A stretch of 64,000 bases of DNA. Origin: Squalus acanthias (Eukaryota). The translations under genes and the position numbers were made by a program. The notes below the pieces were generated by a model. The model saw nothing but the letters and a program-made list of their open reading frames with translations. It had not been told where the DNA came from and searched no databases. Positions 1 to 12,749 of this stretch are shown here, piece after piece; position 1 is the stretch's first letter; every line of letters begins with the position of its first letter. The stretch is taken from positions 97,714,001-97,778,000 of the forward strand of contig CM059431.1 of assembly GCA_030390025.1 (NCBI GenBank). The letters run 5' to 3'.

Positions 1-3000
1 GTGCTGTTGGGGAGGGTTTAAACTAAAGTGGCAGGGGGTTGGGAACCTGAGCAGGGAGACAGAGGAAAGGGAAACAAGGATAAAAGCTAAAGACAGGAAG
101 GAGAAAAACAAAAGTAGAAGGCAAAGAACTCAACGGTTTAAATCAAACATGGTCACAGTAAATAATAATTCATATAGGTCTGAGAGCGTTAAAAAAACAA
201 GCCTGAAGGCTTTGTGTCTTAATGCAAGGAGCATTCGGAACAAGGTGGATGAATTAGCTGCGCAAATAGAGGTAAATGAATACGATTTGATTGGGATTAC
301 AGAAACATGGCTCCAGGGTGGCCAAGGCTGGGAACTCAACATCCAGGGTTATTCAATATTTAGGAAAGATAGGCAAAAAAGAAAAGGAGGTGGGGTAGCA
401 TTGCTGGTTAAAGAGGGGATTAACACAATTGAAAGGAAGGATATTAGCTCTGATGATGCGGAATCTGTATGGGTAGAACTGAGAAATAACAAGGGGCAGA
501 AAATGTTAGTGGGAGTGGTATATAGACCTCCAAACAGTAATACGGAGGTTGGGGATGGCATTAAAAGGGAAATTAGAGAAGCATGCAGTAAGGGCACAGC
601 AGTCATCATGGGTGACTTTAATTTACATATAGATTGGACTAACCAAATTAGTAAAAATACTGTGGAGGAGGAATTCCTAAAATGTTTACGAGATGGTTTT
701 CTGGAACAATATGTCGAGGAACCAACCAGAGATCAGGCCATCTTAGACTGGGTATTATGTAATGAGAAAGGATTAATTAGCAATCTTGTTGTACGAGGCC
801 CCTTGGGTCAGAGTGATCATAATATGATAGAATTCTTCATTAGGATGGAGAGTGAAGTAGTTGAATCAGAGACTAGGGTCCTGAATTTAAATAAAGGAAA
901 CTACGATGGTATGAGGCGCGAATTGGGTAGGATTGATTGGGGAATGTCACTCAAGGGGTTGACGGTGGATAGGCAATGGTAAACATTCAAAGACTGCATG
1001 GATGAACTACAGAATTTGTTCATCCCAGTGTGGCATAAGAATAAAACAAAAAGGGTGACTCAACCGTGGCTAACAAGGGAAATTAGGGATAGCATAAGAT
1101 CCAAGGAGAGGGCATATAAATTGGCCAGAAAAAGCGGTAACCCTGAGGATTGGGAGCAGTTTAGGATTCAACAAAGGAGGACAAAGGGATTAATTAAGAA
1201 GGGGAAAATAGAATATGAAAGTAAGCTTGCTGGGAACATAAAAACTGACTGTAAGTTCTTTTATAGATATGTGAAGAGAAAAAGATTAGTGAAATCAAGT
1301 GTAGGTCCCTTGCAGTCAGAAGCAGGGGAAGTTATAATGGGGAACAAAGAAATGGCAGCCCAATTAAATGCATATTTTGGTTCTGTCTTCACAAAGGAGG
1401 ACACAAATAACCTCCCAGAGATGTTGGAGAACATACGGTCTGATGAAAGGGAGAAACTGAAAGAAATCAGTATTTGCAGGGAAATGGTGTTAGGGAAATT
1501 GACGGTATTGAAGGCCGATAAATCCCCAGGGCCTGATAATCTACATCCTAGGGAACTTAAGGAAGTGGCCCTAGAAATAGTAGATGCATTGCTGATCATC
1601 TTCCAACATTCGATGGAATCTGGAACTGTACCCATGGATTGGAGGGTAGCCAATGTTACCCCACTATTCAAAAAGGGTGGTAGAGAGAAAGCGGGGAATT
1701 ACAGACTGGTAAGCCTGACATCGGTATTGGGGAAAATGCTAGAGTCCATTATAAAGGATGTAATAGCTGAGCACTTGAAAAACAGTGACAGGATCGGACA
1801 AAGTCAACATGGATTTACAAAAGGTAAATCGTGCTTGACTAATCTACTGGAATTTTTTGAGGCTGTAACTGGGAAAATAGATAAGGGAGAACCAGTAGAT
1901 GTGGTGTATTTGGACTTTCAAAAGGCTTTCGATAAGGTCCCGCATAAGAGATTAGCGTGTAAAGTTAAGGCACATGGGATTGGGGACAAGGTATTGACTT
2001 GGATAGATAACTGGTTGGTGGACAGAAAGCAGAGAGTAGGAATTAATGGGTCTTTTTCCGAGTGGCAAGCAGTGACTAGTGGGGTACCGCAGGGATCGGT
2101 CCTTGGACCCCAGCTATTCACAATATACATTAATGATCTAGATAAGGGAACTAAATGTAATATCTCCAAGTTTGCAGATGACACAAAGCTGGGTGGGAGT
2201 GTGTGCTGTGAGGAGGATAACGAGAAACTCCAGGATGATTTGGACAGGTTGGGTGAGTGGGCAGAAGCGTGGCAGATGCAATATAACGTGGATAAGTGCG
2301 ATGGTTATCCACTTTGGTGTCAAAAACAGAAAGGCAGACTATTATCTGAATGGCAATAGATTGGGAGAAGGGGAAGTGCAACGAGACCTAGGTGTCCTTG
2401 TGCACCAGTCGCTGAAAGTAAGCATGCAGGTGCAGCAGGCGGTGAAGAAGGCAAATGGTATGTTGGCCTTCATAGCGAAAGGGTTTGAGTATAGCAACAG
2501 AGATGTCCTGCTGCAGTTGTACAGGGCCTTGGTGAGACCACACCTTGAGTACTGTGTGCAGTTTTGGTCGCCTTATCTGAGGAAGGATGTTCTTGCCATG
2601 GAAGGAGTTCAGCGAAGATTCACAAGGCTGATACCTGGGATGGCAGGAATGACATATGAGGAGAGATTGGGTCGATTGGGCTTATACTCACTGGAGTATA
2701 GAAGAATGAGAGGGGCTCTCATCGAAACATATAAAATTCTGACAGGTCTGGACAAACTAGATGCAGGAAGAATGTTCCCGATGGTCGGAGAGTCCAGAAC
2801 CAGGGGTCATAATCTACGGATAACGGGTGAACCATTTAGGACAGAAATGAGGAAGAATTTCTTCACCCAGAGAGTGGTGAATCTGTGGAATTCTCTACCA
2901 CAGAAGGTAGTTGAGGCGAAGTCATTAAATATATTCAAGAATGAGTTAGATATATTTCTTAAAGCTAAAGGTATCAAGGGATATGGGGAGAAGGCAGGTA

Positions 3001-3110
3001 CAGGGTACTGAGTTTGAATGATCAGCCATGATCTCATCGAATGGCGGAGCAGGCTCGAGGGGCCGAATGGCCTACTCCTGCTCCTATCTTCTATGTTTCT
3101 ATGTTTCTAT
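1..3110 (+). mobile_element. CR1 LINE family A: end of ORF1 plus near-complete ORF2 (APE endonuclease + RT), disrupted by a stop at 980-982 and a frameshift near 2300
   Basis: ORFs 149-982, 998-2359 and 2172-3011 carry APE motifs (ITETW, GDFN, SDH) and RT motifs (GVPQGSVLGP, FADD); 3' stem-loop and (TCTATGTT)n tail. Confidence 0.95.
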
Positions 3111-3607
3111 ATACCAGAAGCAAAGGGAAACATTTATTTCCTTTCCTCCTGGACATCAGGTTTGGACGAAGACCAGCCGTGGCAGCAGCAGAACCATGAA
3201 CGGCAGCAGCAGAACCATGAACAACAGCACCACCAGCAGCAGCAGCATCAACAGGAGTGCCAAGCTGCTGCTCACCCACCTGAAGCTGCACAGGCCAGAA
3301 GGCGCCAGCGCGCGACCACATTGCTGCCCGGGATGCAAGGGACGCACTTGGCCAGATTTGTTAGCCTGCACAATCAAACACTTTTGCCTCACACCTTCTC
3401 ATCAGACCATCGACAATGGCCAAGATCCTGCGGACCACCATACTGACAATTGCAAGTCATCCTAAGCCCTCAATGTGGAAGTCCCATTTGCGAAATGACA
3501 GATGCCACAACTTCAGCAATTTGCCAGCAGAATTTTTTATCACACCAAGCAAGTGCTGGCATTTTAAGATTAAACACAACATTACACCCAAGTGACTACC
3601 CTTGTGA

Positions 3608-6600
3608 CTACTTGTGCATTATTTTTCTTTTACGCGTGCTCCTACGTGGTGCTTCCCCTGTGGCTTCAGCAGATGTGGAGGCCCCTTGCTCACTTTCTTG
3701 CTGCTCCTGCCTCGACACCTTTGGCGGGCGTCCTCTGGGGTTGCGAACCTGTGAGGGCTCGGCAACAGTCTGCTGCTCCTGTGGCTGTGCAGGGGTTGAG
3801 ACGCCGATCTCAGTTGGGTGGGGACTCTGGTGGGGCTCTGACCGAGGGCTCTGCAGTGGCATGGAAGTGTGAGCGCTTGGAGAGGAGCCCCCACTTCCTT
3901 CAAAAAAATAACAAAAAGATTGATTAAGAAAGGGAAGATAGATTATGAAAGTAAATTAGCAAAAAATATAAAAACAGATAGTAAGAGTTTTTATAGTTAT
4001 ATAAAAAGAAAAAGGGTGGCTAAAGTAAATGTTGGTCCCTTAGAGGATGAGACCGGGAAATTAATGGTGGGAAATATGGAGATGGCAAAAACACTGAATG
4101 AATATTTTGTATCAGTCTTTACAGTAGAGGACACTAAGAATATCCCAACACTGGACAAACAGGGGGCTATAGGGGGAGAGGAGCTAAACACGATCAAAAT
4201 CACTAAGGAAGTGGTACTCGGTAAAATAATGGGACTCAAGGCGGATAAATCACCTGGACCTGATGGCTTACATCCTAGAGTCTTGAAGGAAGTGGCGGTA
4301 GGGATTGTAGATGCATTGGTAATAATTTTTCAAAACTCCCTGGATTCCGCTAAGGTCCCGGCAGACTGGAAAACTGCTAATGTAACACCCTTATTTAAAA
4401 AGGGCAGTAGACAGAAGGCTGGTAACTATAGACCGGTTAGCCTAACATCTGTGGTAGGTAAAATTTTGGAGTCCATTATTAAGGAAACAGTAACAGGACA
4501 TTTGGATAATCATAATTTAATAGGACAAAGTCAGCATGGTTTTACGAAGGGGAAGTCATGTTTGACAAATTTGCTGGAGTTCTTTGAGGAAGTAACATAT
4601 AGAGTGGATAAAGGGGAACCAGTGGACGTAGTGTATTTAGACTTCCAAAAGGCATTTGACAAGGTGCCACACAAAAGATTATTGCTTAAGGTAAAAAATC
4701 ACGGAATTGGGGGTAATATTCTGGCATGGATAGAGGATTGGCTATCTAACAGAAAGCAAAGAGTTGGGATAAATGGTTCATTCTCAGACTGGCAATCAGT
4801 AACTAGTGGTGTTCCACAGGGGTCAGTGCTGGGTCCCCAACTCTTCACAATCTATATTAACGATTTGGAGGAAGGGACCAAGTGTAACATATCAAAATTT
4901 GCAGATGATACAAAGATGGGAGGGAAAGTAGTGAGTGAGGAGGACATAAAAAACCTGCAAGGGGACATAGACAGGCTAAGTAAGTGGGCAGAGATTTGGC
5001 AGATGGAATACAACACTGGAAAGTGTGAGGTGATGCACTTTGGCAGGAAAAATCCTAGAGCAATTTATTATCTTAATGGCAAGAAACTGGAGAGTACTGA
5101 AGTGCAAAGGGATCTGGGGGTCCTGGTGCACGAAACTCAAAAGGTTAGTATGCAGGTGCAGCAAGTGATTAAGAAGGCAAATGGGATGTTGGCTTTCATT
5201 GCTAGGGGGATAGAATATAAAAATAGGGAGGTATTGCTTCAGTTGTACAAGGTATTGGTGAGACCGCACCTGGAATACTGCATACAGTTTTGGTGTCCTT
5301 ACTTAAGGAAAGACATCCTTGCTCTCGAGGCAGTGCAAAAAAGGTTCACTCGGTTAATCCCGGGGATGAGGGGGTGGTCATATGAGGAGAGGTTGGGTAG
5401 ATTGGGACTCTACTCATTGGAGTTCAGAAGAATGAGAGGCGATCTTATTGAAACATATAAGATTGTGAAGGGGTTGGATCGGGTGGATGCGGGGAGGATG
5501 TTCCCGATGACGGGTGAGACGAGAACTAGGGGACATAGTCTTAGAATAAGGGGCTGCTCTTTCAAAACTGAGATGAGGAGGAACTACTTCACTCAGAGGG
5601 TGGTAGGTCCATGGAATATGCTGCCACAAAAAGCTGTAGAAGCTACAACATTAATTAAATTTAAAACAGAAATAGACAGTTTCCTAGAAGTAAAGGGCAT
5701 TAAGGGTTACGGGGAGCGGGCAGGAATTTGGACATGAGTCTAGGTTCGGATCGGTCATGGCCCTGTGGGTAGTGGAGCGGGCCCAGGGACTGTGTAGCCT
5801 GATTCTGCTCCTATTTCGTGTGTGCAATTCTGTTAGATGCAGGAGATGGTTCTGTGATAGATAGTAGATTGGCGGTTAGGATCAGATCAGCCATGATCTT
5901 ATTGAATGGCGGAGCAGGCTCGAGGGGCCGATTGGCCTACTCCTGCTCCTATTTCTTATGTTCTTATGTTCTTATGTCTGCCACCAACTTCCCTCTCATG
6001 GGTCAGGTCCACCTCAGCGCTTGCAAGTGGCTTGAGAGCACCTTGCTGCACATCAGGGGGGCCATGGGGACCCGTCTCTGCACTGGCAGTCCTACTCAGA
6101 AGGACTTCCATGAAGCTTTGGTTTCTCTGTTCAATAGCTGACCATCGCTCCTCCAGAGATGTCAGTCTATTCTGAACACTCACCATGTTTTCCTCACTCC
6201 AGCGACTTACTGCCTCCATGGCCGTAGCCAGCCTTTCCACGGAGGTTGCCATCCTTTCCATGGTGCTGCGTTCATGCGCCAACGCCTCCACAAAGGCTCT
6301 GCTCATGTTAGCGAGGGACTCCTCCATTCGCTCCACACTCGCAGCTACCCCAGAGACAAAACCTGCCAGAGACTCCTGCACCTGTTCCTGGAGTTCCAAC
6401 ACCGCTGTTCTATCTGGATGGACCCGGAGGCACAGGGTCGACATGCAGCTGAGCCGCGCTGGCAGAGTCCTGCGCCCTCCGACGAGGACTCTCCACTGCT
6501 GTCCCTGTCTCCACCATCTGCTGATGCTCACTTGTGAGCTGTGATTTACCAGGTGACAACACTACTCTATCTCGCGAGGGTCCCACCGAGGTGTGAGTGT

Positions 6601-7621
6601 CTGCGCTGGTGCTGGGTGCTCTGAATTCTGCTGACGCTGCGCCCTCAGAGGTTGGAGCTTCCTCTGAGGAGTCTGGAAGCTCAGGCTCTTCCTCCTGGAC
6701 AGTGGGGATGGGGGCTTTCGATGGTCCTGTGGGGGAGTAAAGGAAAGAGTTAGAGATGTGAGGTCATGGTTACATGAACATTGAATAGTGCAGATGATCA
6801 TAAGTCAATCAGTTAGAACATCAGCTTCATTATCAGTGACTCATGCAATGTCAATGAGAGAGATGTCAAACTATTCTGTCACCAGCTTGCTGTGATGCGC
6901 CCGTCTGTCCTTCCCCCACTTGCGCATCCTCCTCCACTCCCACAATCTCCAGGGCCGCCTCCTCCGCAGGGGTGAGCTGGGCTACTGAGGGTTGCCCTCC
7001 TCCTGTCCTCGCCCTCTCCCTCTTATTGTGGGCTCTCTTTTCCTGCAATGAGGGACACAAGTGGAGTTTAAGTGAGAATGAAGGAGAGTGTAGAGATTCC
7101 ATAGCATAGATGCTTAGAAGGAGACAAAGATGGAGTGAGGTGCCAAGACCAAGGGCCCTCCCTGTGTGTTGTAAGTTATTGTCATAGCATCACAGCAATA
7201 GGGAGTGTGAGGGCTGCATAGTCGAATAGTTAAGTGAATGTGAACATACAGAGAGAGGGAATGGGTAAGGGTGCAGGGATCTAAGTGTCAAGTGGGATGT
7301 GGAGGAAGAGGTTGCTAAAGCTGAGTGCTGGTGAGGAGGCGATGGGGATCAGATTGAGGGTGATGGGAAAGTCATACTCACTTTTCCAGTGCGCAGAAGG
7401 TCATGAAACCTCTTACTGAACTGCAGCCAGGTTCTGCGGCTCATAGACATTGAGTTGACCTCCTGGGCCACTTGCATCCACACAGCTTTAGTCTGCTGAG
7501 GAGGCTTTTTCCTCCCCGAGGAAGGGAAGAGCACCTCCTTATTGGATCTGGCTCCCTCCACCAGAGCTTGCAGGGCGGCGTCATCAAAGCGTGGAGCAGA
7601 CTTTGGCCTGCTGCTGGACAT
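3608..7621 (-). pseudogene. Harbinger-type Myb/SANT DNA-binding gene, 3 exons (7382-7621, 6883-7042, 6726-3608), last exon split by CR1-B
   Basis: Exon 1 APRFDDAALQALV..W..VAQEVNS..RTWLQ..KRFHDL, exon 2 EKRAHNKRERARTGGG; GT-AG sites in compatible phases; C-terminal RRSTRKRK basic tail. Confidence 0.8.
3901..5977 (+). mobile_element. CR1 LINE family B, 5'-truncated, RT ORF intact
   Basis: ORF 3869-5737 with RT motifs; (TCTTATGT)n tail. Confidence 0.95.
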
Positions 7622-7929
7622 CGTTGCTGAAATAAGGGCTTACAGCAATGGGCATGAAGTTTGTAGTCTGCAGAAGAAGCAAGGCTGCTTGCAGGCCTTA
7701 AATCCAGCAGCATTGATGACGTCATCAGAGGCGACTTTCAGGACGGAAAGACTCATTGGGCCAGGGGTTTCCACACGCTGGAAATCAAGTGTCCAATTAG
7801 GAGAAAATCTCAATTTTTTCCCACATCTCATTGGAGTCGGGTGGCTAACACGAAAACCAGCTGACACGCCCCCAGCCCGCCCCAATGGCAAAATCGAGCC
7901 CATGGTCTTAACAAAGACTGTGTGGTGAT

Positions 7930-10900
7930 CACCGGGGCTAAAAGGGTTAAAGGGAGGACAGGTTGCATAGACTAGGCTTGTATTCCCTTGAATATAAAAG
8001 ATTAAGGGGCTAAAGCAGTTCGGGAGGATTTAAACTAATATGGCAGGGGAATGGGAACCTATGTAGCGAAACAGGGGGAAGTAATATGCAGTCAGAAACA
8101 AATGTTAGAAGGGTGAGAAACAATAGGGGAAGGCCGAGTAAACAAAGGCAAGAAACACAAAGGGCCATACTAAATCATAAGTCTAAAAGGACAAAGGATG
8201 TTAATAAAACAAGCCTAAAGGCTCTGTGTCTTAATGCAAGGAGTATCCGTAATAAGGTGGATGAATTGACTGTGCAAATAGATGTTAACGGATACGATGT
8301 GATTGGGATTACAGAGACGTGGCTCCAGAACAATCAAGGCTGGGAACTGAACATCCAGGGGTATTCAACATTCAGAAAGGATAGAATAAAAGGAAAAGGG
8401 GGTGGGGTAGCATTGCTGGTTAAAGAGGAGATTAATGCAATAGCTAGGAAGGACATCAGCTTGGAGGATGTGGAATCAATATGGGTTGAGCTGCAGAACA
8501 CCAAAGGGCAGAAAACGTTAGTGGGAGTTGTGTACAGACCTCCAAACAGCAGTAGTGAGGTGGGGGAGGGTATGAAACAGGAAATCAGAGGTGCGTGCAA
8601 AAAAGGCACGGCAGTTATCATGGGTGACTTTAATATGCATATAGATTGGGCTACTCAAACTGGAAGCAATACGGTGGAGGAGGATTTCCTGGAGTGTTTA
8701 AGGGATGGTTTCCTAAACCAATATGTTGAGGAACCAACTAGAGGGGAGGCCATCCTGGACTGGGTGTTGTGTAATGAGGAAGGACTAATCAGCAATCTTG
8801 TGGTACAAGGCCCCCTGGGGAAGAGTGACCATAGTATGGTGGAGTTCTACATTAGGATGGAGAAGGAAACAGTTAAGTCAGAGACCATGGTCCAGAACTT
8901 AAATAAGGGCAACTTTGAGGGTATGAGGCGTGAATTGGCGAGGTTAAATTGGCAAGCGATATTTAAGGGGCTATCAGTGGAAGGGCAATGGCAGACATTT
9001 AGATATCGCATGGATGAACTACAACAATTGTACATCCCGGTCTGGCGTAAAAATAAAAAAGGGAAGGTGGCTCAACCATGGCTAACAAGGGAAATCAGGG
9101 ATAGTATTAAAACCAAGGAAGTTGCATACAAATTGGCCAGAAGTAGCAGCAAACCCGGGGACTGGGAGAACTTCAAAACTCAGCAGAGGAGGACGAAGGG
9201 TTTGATTAGGGCAGGGAAAATAAAATATGAAAGGAAGCTTGCAGAGAACATTAAAATGGACTGCAAAAGCTTCTATAAATATGTAAAAAGAAAGAGGTTA
9301 GTAAAAACAAACGTAGGTGCCCTGCAGTCGGAAACAGGGGAAGTCGTAATGGGGAACAAGGAAATGGCAGATCAATTGAACAAGTACTTTGGTTCGGTGT
9401 TTACTGTGGAGGACACAAACAACCTGCCGGAAATAAAAGGGGTCAGAGGATCTGGTAAGAGGGAGGAGCTGAGGGAAATCCTTATTAGTCGGGAAAAGGT
9501 ATTGGGGAAATTGATGGGACTGAAGGCTGAAAAATCCCCGGGGCCTGATGGTCTGCATCCCAGGTACTTAAGGAGGTGGCCTTGGAAATAGTGGATGCAT
9601 TGACGATCATTTTCCAACATTCCTTAGACTCTGGATCAGTTCCGATGGAGTGGAGGGTGGCCAATGTAACCCCTCTTTTTAAAAAAGGAGGGAGGGAGAA
9701 AGCAGGGAACTATAGACCGGTCAGCCTGACATCGGTCGTGGGTAAAATGATGGAAGCAATTATTAAAGATGTCATAACAGACCATTTGGAAAGTGGCGAC
9801 ATGATAGGTCCAAGTCAGCATGGATTTGTGAAAGGGAAATCATGCTTGACAAATCTTCTGGAATTTTTTGAGGATGTTTCCAATAGGGTGGACAGGGGGG
9901 AACCAGTAGATGTGGTGTATTTGGACTTTCAGAAGGCCTTCGACAAGGTCCCACACAAGAGATTGGTGAGCAAAGTTAAAGCACATGGGATTGGGGGTAA
10001 TGTGTTGACGTGGATTGAGAACTGGTTGGCACACAGGAAACAAAGAGTAGGAGTAAATGGGTACTTTTCAGAATGGCAGGCAGTGACCAGCGGGGTACCG
10101 CAGGGTTCGGTGCTGGGACCCCAGCTGTTTACATTATATATTAATGATTTGGACGAAGGGATTAAATGTAATATCTCCAAATTTGCGGATGACACTAAAT
10201 TGGGAGGCAGTGTGAACAATGAGGAGGATGCTAGGAGGCTACAGAGTGACTTGGACAGGTTGGATGAATGGGCAAATGTATGGCAGATGAAGTACAATGT
10301 GGATAAATGTGAGGTTATCCACTTCGGTGGTAAAAATAGAGAGGCGGACTATTACCTGAATGGTGGCAGATTAGGGAAAGGGGAGGTGCAACGAGACCTG
10401 GGCGTCATGGTACATCAGTCACTGAAGGTGGGAATGCAAGTGCAGCAGGCAGTCAAGAAAGCAAACGGAATGATGGCCTTCATAGTAAGGGGATTTGAGT
10501 ACAGGAGTAGGGAGGTGATGCTGCAGTTGTACAGGGCCTTGGTGAGGCCACACCTGGAGTATTGTGCGCAGTTTTGGTCTCCTAACTTAAGGAAGGACAT
10601 TCTTGCTATTGAGGGAGTGCAGCGAAGGTTCACTAGATTGATTCCTGTGATGGCCGGACTGACATATCAAGAAAGATTGGGTCAACTGAACTTGTATCCT
10701 CTGGAGTTCAGAAGAATGAGGGGGGATCTTATAGAGACATTTAAAATCCTGACTGGTTTAGACAAATTAGATGCCGGCAGAATGTTCCCAATGTTAGGGA
10801 AAACTAGAACCAGGGGTCACAGTCTAAGGATTAAGGGGAAGCCATTTAAGACTGAGCTGAGGAGGAACTTCTTCACCCAGAGAGTGGTGAATCTATGGAA

Positions 10901-11490
10901 TTCTCTTCCACAAAAGGTTGTTGAGGCCAGTTCGCTAAATATATTCAAAAGGGAGTTAGATATAATACTCACAACTAGGGGGATCAAGGGGTATGGCGAG
11001 AAAGCAGGAATGGGGTACTGAGGTAGCATGTTCAGCCATGAACGCATTGAATGGCGGTGCAGGCTCGAAGGACCGAATGGTCTACTCCTGTACCTATTTT
11101 CTATGTTTCTATGTTTCTATGATTGAAATGAGATGTTTAAGATGATTAAAGGAGTTGACAGGGTAGATAGAAACTATTTCCTCTGGTGGGGGGAGTCCAG
11201 AACAAGGGGGCATAACCTTAAAATTAGAGCCAGGCCGTTCAGGGGTGATGTCAGGAAGCACTTCTTCACACAAAGGGTGGTGGAAATCTGGAACTCTCTC
11301 CCCAAAAATCTGTTGAGGCTGGTGGTCAACTGAAAATTTCAAAACTGAGATTGATAGATTTTTGTTGGCTAAGGTTATTAAGGGTCATGGAACCAAGGTG
11401 GGTAGATGGAGTTAAGATACAGATCAGCCATGATCTAATTGAATGGCGGAACAGGCTCGAGGAGTTGAATGGCCTCCTCCTGTTCCTATC
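7930..11490 (+). mobile_element. Old CR1 3' fragment (about 7930-8008 and 11121-11490) split by CR1-C
   Basis: Decayed RT C-terminal sequence on both sides of the CR1-C insertion; ORF 11133-11333. Confidence 0.65.
8009..11120 (+). mobile_element. CR1 LINE family C, full ORF2 with one frameshift near 9563, plus last ORF1 codons
   Basis: ORFs 8086-9591 and 9576-11021 give APE + RT; (TCTATGTT)n tail. Confidence 0.95.
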
Positions 11491-11815
11491 ACTTCTACTA
11501 ATGCTATTGTGGATAGACGAGTCTGTGACGGGTAGATTGGTGAGGACGAGGTTGAGTAAGTTACTTCCTTGTTAGTTCCTTCACTACCAAGCCCAGTCTG
11601 GCAGCCACGTCCTTCAGGACTCGGCCAGCCTGGTCAGTGGTGGTATCACTGAGCTACTCTTGGTGTTAGACATTGAAGTCCCCTATTGCGAGTACATTCT
11701 TTGCCCTAGTTTCCCTCAGCGTTTCCTCCAAGTGATGTTCAACATGAAGGAATACAGATTCATCAGTTGAGGGGTGTAGTCGGTGCTGATAGCAGAATGT
11801 TCCCTTGACCTTGTT
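11490..11815 (-). mobile_element. Decayed fragment of Crack/Daphne-like LINE (APE region)
   Basis: Reverse complement resembles 21700-21990. Confidence 0.6.
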
Positions 11816-12749
11816 TTTGCTATGTCAACTTTCACCTATCACAATGTGATTACATGCTCTGGCCATTAGGTGGTGCTATATTATCTCGCTCCCCCCTCCC
11901 CCCAGTCATTCAAACTACTTTCTGAAAAGTTTTTAACTGCAGATTTTTCTCAGTAACTGAAATTCCAATGTCCAAAATAAGGTTTTAAACAAATTAAGAA
12001 AAATGAAAAAAATTACATATTTTACAATAATACTAAATATACACATTGAATTTGCAACGAAATCCCTTAAGGAATAAAAACACTATGGGACAAATGGTCC
12101 AACCGTGGCTAACAAGAGAAATTAAAGATAGTATTAGATTAAAGGAAGAGGCTTATAATGTTGCCAAAAAGAGTCGTAAGCCTGAGGATTGGGAGGATTT
12201 TAGAATTCAGCAGAGGAGGACCAAAAAATTGATAAAGGGAAAATAAGAACATAAGAAATAGGAGCAGGAGTAGGCCAATTGGCCCCTCGAGCCTGCTCCG
12301 CCATTCAATAAGATCATGGCTGATCTGATCCTAACCGCCAATCTACTATCACAGAACCATCTCCTGAACCCAACAGAATTGGACACACAAAATAGGAGCA
12401 GGATCAGGCTACACGGCCCCTGGGCCCTCTACGCCACCCATAGGGCCATGACCGATCCGAACCTAGACTCATGTCCAAATTCCTGCCCGCTCCCCGTAAC
12501 CCTTAATTCCCTTTACTTCTAGGAAACTGTCTATTTCTGTTTTAAATTTATGTAATGATGTAGCTTCTACAGCTTTTTGGGGCAGCATATTTCATGGACC
12601 TACCACCCTCTGAGTGAAGTAGTTCCTTCTCATCTCAGTTTTGAAAGAGCAGCCCCTTATTCTAAGACTATGCCCCCTAGTTCTAGTTTCACCCATCATC
12701 GGGAACATCCTCCCCGCATCCACCCGATCCAACCCCTTCACAATCTTAT

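Larger units (their letters stand above)
3111..7901. mobile_element. PIF/Harbinger DNA transposon remnant (right part), interrupted by a CR1
   Basis: Spliced Myb/SANT gene on minus; TIR-like end ...GGCAAAATCGAGCCC at 7901; possible decayed transposase C-terminus on plus near 3160-3365 (..AARDARDAL..). Confidence 0.7.

Noticed and set aside
3180..3255. Poly-Q/CAG tract as a host gene exon
   Set aside because: Lies in the Harbinger remnant; the ORF start comes from the CR1 tail
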